Source: Spirochaetia bacterium (GTDB lineage: Bacteria; Spirochaetota; Spirochaetia; CAKZLE01). From it: a stretch of DNA of 64,000 nucleotides. Where the stretch lies: assembly GCA_963677595.1 (NCBI GenBank), contig OY782041.1, positions 480,001 through 544,000 on the forward strand, read 5' to 3'. The first letter of the stretch is position 1. Every line of letters begins with the position of its first letter. A program made the translations under genes and the position numbers. The notes under the pieces are model-generated. The model saw only the letters and a program-made list of their open reading frames with translations, was not told where the DNA came from and searched no databases. Shown here in pieces: positions 58,564-64,000 of this stretch.

Positions 58564-59855
58564 TACGCGTCATACCTCCCTGCATCAGTAGTGAGTAACA
58601 TGATCTGAACCATCGGGTCATAGCTCATCTGATCAATCACCTGATAGGCAAACTGCAGATCAATCACGTTCCCGGATTCTGTGGGTTCCCCCTCGGTATA
58701 TTGCACTGCTGGCAGATCAATGATCGCCAGTTCCGGGATATCAGCTGCATACTGGCCCCCCTGGAATACAGCAAGCAGAGAAGCAATCCCATCATCGAGG
58801 ACCTTACTGCGTTCGGCCTTGGCCGATGCATCGGTGCGGATCTTGAAAGACCCGGTAGCATCAAACTCTCCTCGGGCATGTTCTGATTTATACAAGGATC
58901 CCTGTCCGTAGCCGACATCACTGTCATGGTTGTTCTTGATATCAACCGAGAACGATTTGATATAGCTATACTTCGTTCCCGATACGAAGGAGGAGCCCCG
59001 GAAGAACCGCATCGGCTCCTGAGGAGGAAGCGGAAGCGCTGATGCTTCCTGACCTCCGGTGTGGGTAAGCCCAATCAGAGATAATGAAGCTGAAGCTCGT
59101 CCTTTTAACTCTGCAGATATCGATGCACCATCGGCTACCATCCCAGCAGAAAGGATATTGTCTGTGATCCCATCTGCCTGGATAGAATAGGTAGGCCGTT
59201 CCACTGTCCCGAGCACACTCTTGATCGTGTGTAGGTACACCCCGGAGGTGTCACTTGAAAAGAAGATGACTACCTGGCGATCCTTCCCCTGGGCTGCTGT
59301 TATGGCAACGGGGTTAATCGTCGAGAGGTTATCAGGGCCGAACAGGATTTCTGCCTCATATGCTGCATATCCATTCAGGACGGTTTGTAATTCAAGAAGG
59401 GTATTCACACTTTCATCTGTCAGTGTCTCAACCCCAGCGGTTCCAAATGCTGGATCTGCAGTCTCTGAACCCAGGCTCCCAATGAAGGAAGAGATCTGCT
59501 GCCCCGCATCGGTGACCATGATCTTGCAACTAGGTTGTACTCCGGTATAGCGAAGCAATATCGCCCCGCCAACCTGCTTGGGTGTGGTATCTCCCCCCAG
59601 AAGCGAAGTGAGTCCCATGCCGATCCCGGAACAGGGGGCAAATTTCAACGGAAACTCCCCAGTAACCTCGATGGAGTCAGTGTATACCTTCCCCTTAGAG
59701 TTCCTCCCCGTGACCACCTCATCGCTCTGCTTTGAGGGGGTTGCTTTCAATGTCGGGATCCCGGTAATGGGAAGCCTGGCTGTACGTGCTACAGCCGTTC
59801 CGGGAGTTGCTTCTTTCCCGCCGATACACGCTACTACATGTGCCTTCTTATCCAT
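58563..59855 (-). CDS. Major tail (tube) protein, unusually long
   Basis: GKEATPGTA N-terminus, YLHTI, SFSVDIKNN, ATGSFKI; position after the tail terminator. Confidence 0.75.
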   Translation of the reverse strand: MDKKAHVVACIGGKEATPGTAVARTARLPITGIPTLKATPSKQSDEVVTGRNSKGKVYTDSIEVTGEFPLKFAPCSGIGMGLTSLLGGDTTPKQVGGAILLRYTGVQPSCKIMVTDAGQQISSFIGSLGSETADPAFGTAGVETLTDESVNTLLELQTVLNGYAAYEAEILFGPDNLSTINPVAITAAQGKDRQVVIFFSSDTSGVYLHTIKSVLGTVERPTYSIQADGITDNILSAGMVADGASISAELKGRASASLSLIGLTHTGGQEASALPLPPQEPMRFFRGSSFVSGTKYSYIKSFSVDIKNNHDSDVGYGQGSLYKSEHARGEFDATGSFKIRTDASAKAERSKVLDDGIASLLAVFQGGQYAADIPELAIIDLPAVQYTEGEPTESGNVIDLQFAYQVIDQMSYDPMVQIMLLTTDAGRYDA

Positions 59856-59870
59856 GATTCATATACTCCT

Positions 59871-60302
59871 TTAGGTATGTGTGTATTCAGTGATTGCAAT
59901 ACTGACAACTGCATACTGTCGATTCCCCGTGCCCCCAGGATAGAACTCTGCCTGCGTAACTTCTGCATGCTCACAGAGCCCATCCAACTGATCATTGCTG
60001 GTCACTAAACTGGTAATGGCATCGGCATACTTCATCGCCTGCTGCAGCACCAGATCAGAATCATATCCATCAACCGATATCAGGCAGTCTATTGAAAGGT
60101 CAGACTGCAAAGATCCTTGATAGACATCCCTGTCAAAGTCAATGCGGGAAGGGCTCACCAGTACACAGGGTTGAGGTCGTCCTTTCTTCTCATAATCGGT
60201 TCCTATTCCCACGTACTTGATTCCACGCTCATATTCGGCAATATGCTGCTCCACAAAGGCAGCTACCCCGCTGGTGATCCGGTATGATGCATCAAACCTC
60301 AT
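59871..60302 (-). CDS. Tail terminator-like protein
   Basis: 143 aa, P..LV and QLDGLC pattern, synteny. Confidence 0.6.
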   Translation of the reverse strand: MRFDASYRITSGVAAFVEQHIAEYERGIKYVGIGTDYEKKGRPQPCVLVSPSRIDFDRDVYQGSLQSDLSIDCLISVDGYDSDLVLQQAMKYADAITSLVTSNDQLDGLCEHAEVTQAEFYPGGTGNRQYAVVSIAITEYTHT

Positions 60303-60754
60303 ATCTTTATACCCAATGTCTTCATCTCAGCATCGATCGCTTTCACCGCAATACGGTTTAGCTCCCCTGAAGCCAGAAACCCTCGGATTCCAGGATAGAA
60401 GAACGGCCTCGGCTCAATGCGGACGGAGGAACGATAGATCACTTCCCCATCAATCTCAAACCGCAGCGCTTTTCCCTTCGCCTGGATGTTTGCCCCATGA
60501 TGCTCATAGATCGATGCTAACGCCGGAGCCTTCAAGCGGTAATACGCCTTTCTGGTCTTTCGATACTGGATCCCTTTTCGCATCTTCCCGCTCCGCTCGG
60601 TGAATCGGCTGTTCATCTGCCTGATTACAGCCTGCTTTGCCCCAAAACTGATTCCTGAAAGTACGTGGTCGAGTGCTTCAGGAGACCGCTTGCTGAGCTT
60701 CTGCAGCTTCTCACTCACCTCATCACTGAAGGTAATGGCAGGTCGCCTATTCAT
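60299..60754 (-). CDS. Neck/tail completion protein (HK97 gp10-like)
   Basis: Basic; RSGKMR, IYEHHG, KALRF, PRPFF motifs. Confidence 0.7.
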   Translation of the reverse strand: MNRRPAITFSDEVSEKLQKLSKRSPEALDHVLSGISFGAKQAVIRQMNSRFTERSGKMRKGIQYRKTRKAYYRLKAPALASIYEHHGANIQAKGKALRFEIDGEVIYRSSVRIEPRPFFYPGIRGFLASGELNRIAVKAIDAEMKTLGIKI

Positions 60755-61323
60755 ACACGCTCCACGCGATACCCGCGAAAGACATCCTTGATCGATGGCG
60801 GAAGATATCGCTCATAGGCAGTATTGATCCCTTCAGATGAACTGATTGTCGCCACCCCTATGGCATGGTCATTGAACCGGTCCATCAGCCAGGAGACCCC
60901 TTCAATGGTTGCCTGTTTGACATCAGCGGGAATCTCGGTATACCCGATGGTGGCAACCAGCTTGATTGTCCGCCTCCCCTTTGGGGCGAGCCGGTCCAGC
61001 AGATAAATCAGTCCTGCATCCTGATCAACGTCGTAGGACTCTGCGGGTATCAAGGTATCAAGTCCAAATTCCCGAGTCCTATCAAGGTAGAGAGCCGAAA
61101 CCACAGTGAGCGGGAATGCCGGAACGATAATACATCGGCCAGCATGTCCTTCGAGATACATTTCTTCGTTCACACGCTCACAGATGATCCTTCCTGACAG
61201 ACGGTGTGCTGTCGCACTCATGGCATTAATACACCAGATCGTACGCTCCCGGAGTTCAATCGGAATCTGCAGGATAGCCTCAGCCTCTTCGACGCTGATC
61301 AGGGCAGTACTGATGAGTTCCAT
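60751..61323 (-). CDS. Head-tail connector (gp6/gp15-like, long form)
   Basis: ISVEEA..IL, GYTEIPADVKQA, LP..IKDVF..YR motifs. Confidence 0.75.
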   Translation of the reverse strand: MELISTALISVEEAEAILQIPIELRERTIWCINAMSATAHRLSGRIICERVNEEMYLEGHAGRCIIVPAFPLTVVSALYLDRTREFGLDTLIPAESYDVDQDAGLIYLLDRLAPKGRRTIKLVATIGYTEIPADVKQATIEGVSWLMDRFNDHAIGVATISSSEGINTAYERYLPPSIKDVFRGYRVERV

Positions 61324-61326
61324 AAT

Positions 61327-61578
61327 CTACCGCTTCTCCACCGCTTCTTTCGGGGTCGCGGTTTCGAGTTCGGTAGCTGTTGAGAGCACCTCTGCATACC
61401 CGCAACGCGCTAACTCGAGGGCGACCGATCGTTCCAGGATCGGCATGTCCCCCTTCACAAACGATCCATGGGGACCGGAATGTGGAACAAGAACCTTCAC
61501 GTGTGCGAGGGTTTGCGAAACTTCCAGTGGTGCGTTTTCGCTTTGTGTAGGCTCTGCTATTGGCTTCTTTGGCATCAT
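61327..61578 (-). CDS. Small protein after the major capsid gene
   Basis: SD AAGGAGG; GD...A.EL...GYAE...ETAT pattern common at this position. Confidence 0.6.
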   Translation of the reverse strand: MMPKKPIAEPTQSENAPLEVSQTLAHVKVLVPHSGPHGSFVKGDMPILERSVALELARCGYAEVLSTATELETATPKEAVEKR

Positions 61579-61604
61579 TGCCTCCTTGTGTATTGATACA
61601 TCTA

Positions 61605-61624
61605 CAGGGGAGGACCCTCCCCTG
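61605..61624 (-). terminator. Hairpin after the capsid gene (partial terminator or mRNA stabiliser)
   Basis: CAGGGGAG-N4-CTCCCCTG; no U-tract. Confidence 0.5.
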
Positions 61625-61637
61625 CACGAATCAGCGC

Positions 61638-62822
61638 TTATGCTGCTGCCATGGTAAGCTTCTTGATTGCATCAGAGAGCATCACCGACGCATCCAGCCG
61701 CTCGAATACGCGGTACCCCACCTGCCCGCTTTCTGCATAAAGCTCATTGAGCCGCTGTACGGACCGGGCTCCTCGCTGGGCGATGGTGTAGTACTTCAGG
61801 TTCCCGAAGATCAGCGGCGTTGCCCCGGCTGCAATGGTAGGCATCCCCAGGGTTTCCTCAAAGGTGTTCCCCAAGAGGCTGTCAGGCTGCCCAGCGGTGA
61901 GTGCCGGCTGCCAGATATACCGCCCTTGAGCATCCTTCATTTTCCGGATCACTTTCGCGGTATCGGTAGCACCTACCCAGATAGCATTATTCCGGTACTG
62001 CTTCTTCAACGAATACTGGAAGTCGATGAGCTCATCGGTGGTAAATGCCAGCGTTGATGCTGCCGTCTTCCCCAAAGAAGACCCTGCGATCAGCCCACCA
62101 ATCTCATTCGCTCCGGTTCCCTGGCAGAACTTGATGTCCTGGGCTTCTCCGGCGAGATCGGCATAGTTGGTTGCCAGTTCGCCGAACAGGTCATACCCGG
62201 AATCAGCCAGGAGTTCCTCTGAGAGTTTGACCAGGTAGGTGAGCTTGTATGCGGTCAACGCCTTTTTGTCATAGGTCGGCGTACTGTCCTGGAAATCTTC
62301 CGCTTCACCCTTCCAGTACACCGTTCCGCGGTTGTTGCTGATCGGGATTTCCCGGTCATGCTTGAGGTTCAGAACCTTTGCATATTTCCTGATCACTGCG
62401 ATATCAGGTAAAGCTCGCATAATAGCCTTATCCAAGTCTGTTGGTGCTAAGTATCCGCCGTTTGCATCGGTTCCAATCGACATGGCCCGCAGTTCACCGG
62501 GATCCCCAGTCTGCAGGTAGCGGGTATATGCGGACCGATACTCCTCAGTCTCGAGAATAGATCCCCGCTGCTCCCCTTCACCTTCAGGATTCGGTCGAGT
62601 ACCTGAGAAGTCAGTGGTTCTGAGCTCTTCCTCAGCTGCTTCCTGACGTTTACGCAGCTGAATATCGGCATTGACCGAATCAAAATCAGCCATGATCCCT
62701 TCATATTTAGATCGTTCCTCGGCAGTGAGATCTCGTTTCTCACCATCTGCGGTATCCAGAATGCCTCGTGCTGATTTCAACAGCTTTGCTCGTTTGTCTA
62801 AGAGTTCCTGTAATTTATGCAT
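61638..62822 (-). CDS. HK97-fold major capsid protein with delta domain
   Basis: NGGYLAP, W.GE, KLSEELLADS, KMKDAQGRYIWQP, FGNLKYY; start MHKLQE after SD AGGAG. Confidence 0.95.
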   Translation of the reverse strand: MHKLQELLDKRAKLLKSARGILDTADGEKRDLTAEERSKYEGIMADFDSVNADIQLRKRQEAAEEELRTTDFSGTRPNPEGEGEQRGSILETEEYRSAYTRYLQTGDPGELRAMSIGTDANGGYLAPTDLDKAIMRALPDIAVIRKYAKVLNLKHDREIPISNNRGTVYWKGEAEDFQDSTPTYDKKALTAYKLTYLVKLSEELLADSGYDLFGELATNYADLAGEAQDIKFCQGTGANEIGGLIAGSSLGKTAASTLAFTTDELIDFQYSLKKQYRNNAIWVGATDTAKVIRKMKDAQGRYIWQPALTAGQPDSLLGNTFEETLGMPTIAAGATPLIFGNLKYYTIAQRGARSVQRLNELYAESGQVGYRVFERLDASVMLSDAIKKLTMAAA

Positions 62823-63477
62823 GGTTGTGCTCCTGTTCATAGAGATATAGTTGATCTCGCAAGATCGAAATCGGTGTTTCTCCTGGTTCCGCTCCCGTTG
62901 GAGCTGCCTCACCTGACGTTTCAGGCTTCGGCTGGTTCCGGCAGATCAACTCTTTCGACCTAGCATAGACTTCAGTTGTAGGGTATGCCGGCTGGCATAC
63001 CGGGGAGAAATCAGGGAGCTCGGAAAACTCCTTGATGGTCCTGATATCCAGGATGGAGCCGTCTTCGTTCTCTTCTATGCTCCACTCATCCTGACCGCGG
63101 GCAACTTTGAACCCGAAAGACATCTGGTTCACAATCCCGCTCATGATCGCCTCATACCCATCCCGGCCCCAGACGGTCCCCTGGACCTCGGCCCGTATGA
63201 ATACCCCATGCTCATCCTCGGTAGCTTCCAGCGTGCCGTTCTCGAACCCAGCCATAGGTTTCGAGGTATCATGATTCCAATACACCTTTGTGGTTCGTTT
63301 CCCCAGGGCTTGTGTAGCCGCTCCCGGTAGGATCACTTCTACCAGTCCCGGCCACAGAACGGTCCGCTGGTTGTAGACAATCGGATATCCTTCGATGATC
63401 ATCTTGTCTTTCTCGACAGTTACGCGGAGCTCTTCTCCGCCAAACTGCCTGAATCGTCGTTCAATTTCCGTCCTCAT
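62815..63477 (-). CDS. HK97-family prohead protease
   Basis: IEGYPIVYN, E.I.PGA, WNHD, QMSFGF, SPV..PAYPTT. Confidence 0.93.
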   Translation of the reverse strand: MRTEIERRFRQFGGEELRVTVEKDKMIIEGYPIVYNQRTVLWPGLVEVILPGAATQALGKRTTKVYWNHDTSKPMAGFENGTLEATEDEHGVFIRAEVQGTVWGRDGYEAIMSGIVNQMSFGFKVARGQDEWSIEENEDGSILDIRTIKEFSELPDFSPVCQPAYPTTEVYARSKELICRNQPKPETSGEAAPTGAEPGETPISILRDQLYLYEQEHNHA

Positions 63478-64000
63478 ATACCCTCCGCTACAATGTCACA
63501 GTCACATCCATCGTGGTACGGTGCATGTGATCGATTGGTATGGGGAATAAGCACACTCTGTGCCCCCTCGGGCTTGAATTCTTCCCCTTTATAGATGAAT
63601 GATTCTTCTATCCCGATCACCTTCCCATTCAACGCACTGCAGAACGGGCAATTATCCCCATGGGCTACCGATCGAATCTTGGTGATCCCGGCGATCCCGT
63701 ATGCTCCCTTGGCCAGATAATTCCTGAGCCTCGTCACTTCCCGCTGCTCTATTTTCTGCGCGTTCGTCTCCTCCCAGCTATCCATCCGCCTGTTGATATC
63801 CTCTATAAAATCTTCGGTAGCCTCCTCGATGAGCTTCACCAGTTGTCCCTTTGATGAGGAGGTGTACCGAAGCGCAAATGCACTGACATATTTTGTGAGT
63901 AACTCACTGTAGGTATCAGGAATTTCAGCGGCAAGACCAACTTCCGCGGCATACACCCCATAAAGCTCCTCACCCATCTTCCTAAAAACCGGGGTAAAGA
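63474..64000 (-). CDS. C-terminal part of a MuF/SPP1 gp7-like head protein or portal-MuF fusion (5' end outside the window)
   Basis: Frame open to the window edge; CPFC..LNG and PYHDGCDC motifs. Confidence 0.7.
   Translation of the reverse strand, partial: FTPVFRKMGEELYGVYAAEVGLAAEIPDTYSELLTKYVSAFALRYTSSSKGQLVKLIEEATEDFIEDINRRMDSWEETNAQKIEQREVTRLRNYLAKGAYGIAGITKIRSVAHGDNCPFCSALNGKVIGIEESFIYKGEEFKPEGAQSVLIPHTNRSHAPYHDGCDCDIVAEGI

Larger units (their letters stand above)
47475..64000. mobile_element. Siphovirus-like prophage, runs off the right edge
   Basis: GC drop right after tRNA-Ala; integrase; contiguous minus-strand head-neck-tail-lysis operon; second att site not in the window. Confidence 0.93.

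Noticed and set aside
62823-62912. 30-aa N-terminal extension of the capsid in the ORF track
   Set aside because: Overlaps the protease gene; the SD supports the start at 62822
47557-64000. Alternative genetic code in the prophage
   Set aside because: All structural genes are full length in the standard code and use TAA, TAG and TGA as stops

Overview
The window has two parts. (1) 1-47474 is a GC-rich host chromosome, probably a spirochaete (inferred from protein style, not proven). It carries housekeeping and transport genes (msrBA, bioY-ECF, trpS, mnmA, topA, sdaA, glf, a frameshifted cysE), an MTA/SAH-salvage cluster (mtaD-mtnA-PLP lyase), a barrel/lipoprotein/barrel outer-membrane locus, tRNA-Asp and tRNA-Ala. 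It also holds an IS1634-family element (13397-15554) flanked by a 577-bp direct repeat that leaves its target gene intact. Many host genes appear to be leaderless. (2) 47475 to the window end is a siphovirus-like prophage integrated at tRNA-Ala(GGC): tyrosine integrase, three holin-like genes with no visible endolysin, tail fibre, Ig-like tail proteins, tape measure, a -1 frameshifted G/GT chaperone missed by the ORF track, tail tube, neck genes, HK97 capsid, protease and a MuF-like domain. The most unusual signals are the very long IS target duplication and a repeated pattern in three consecutive tail proteins: each upstream protein ends in an Ig-like domain lacking its last strand, and the next protein starts with that strand, suggesting pilus-like donor-strand complementation. 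All family assignments come from motif recognition by eye; no database searches were run.
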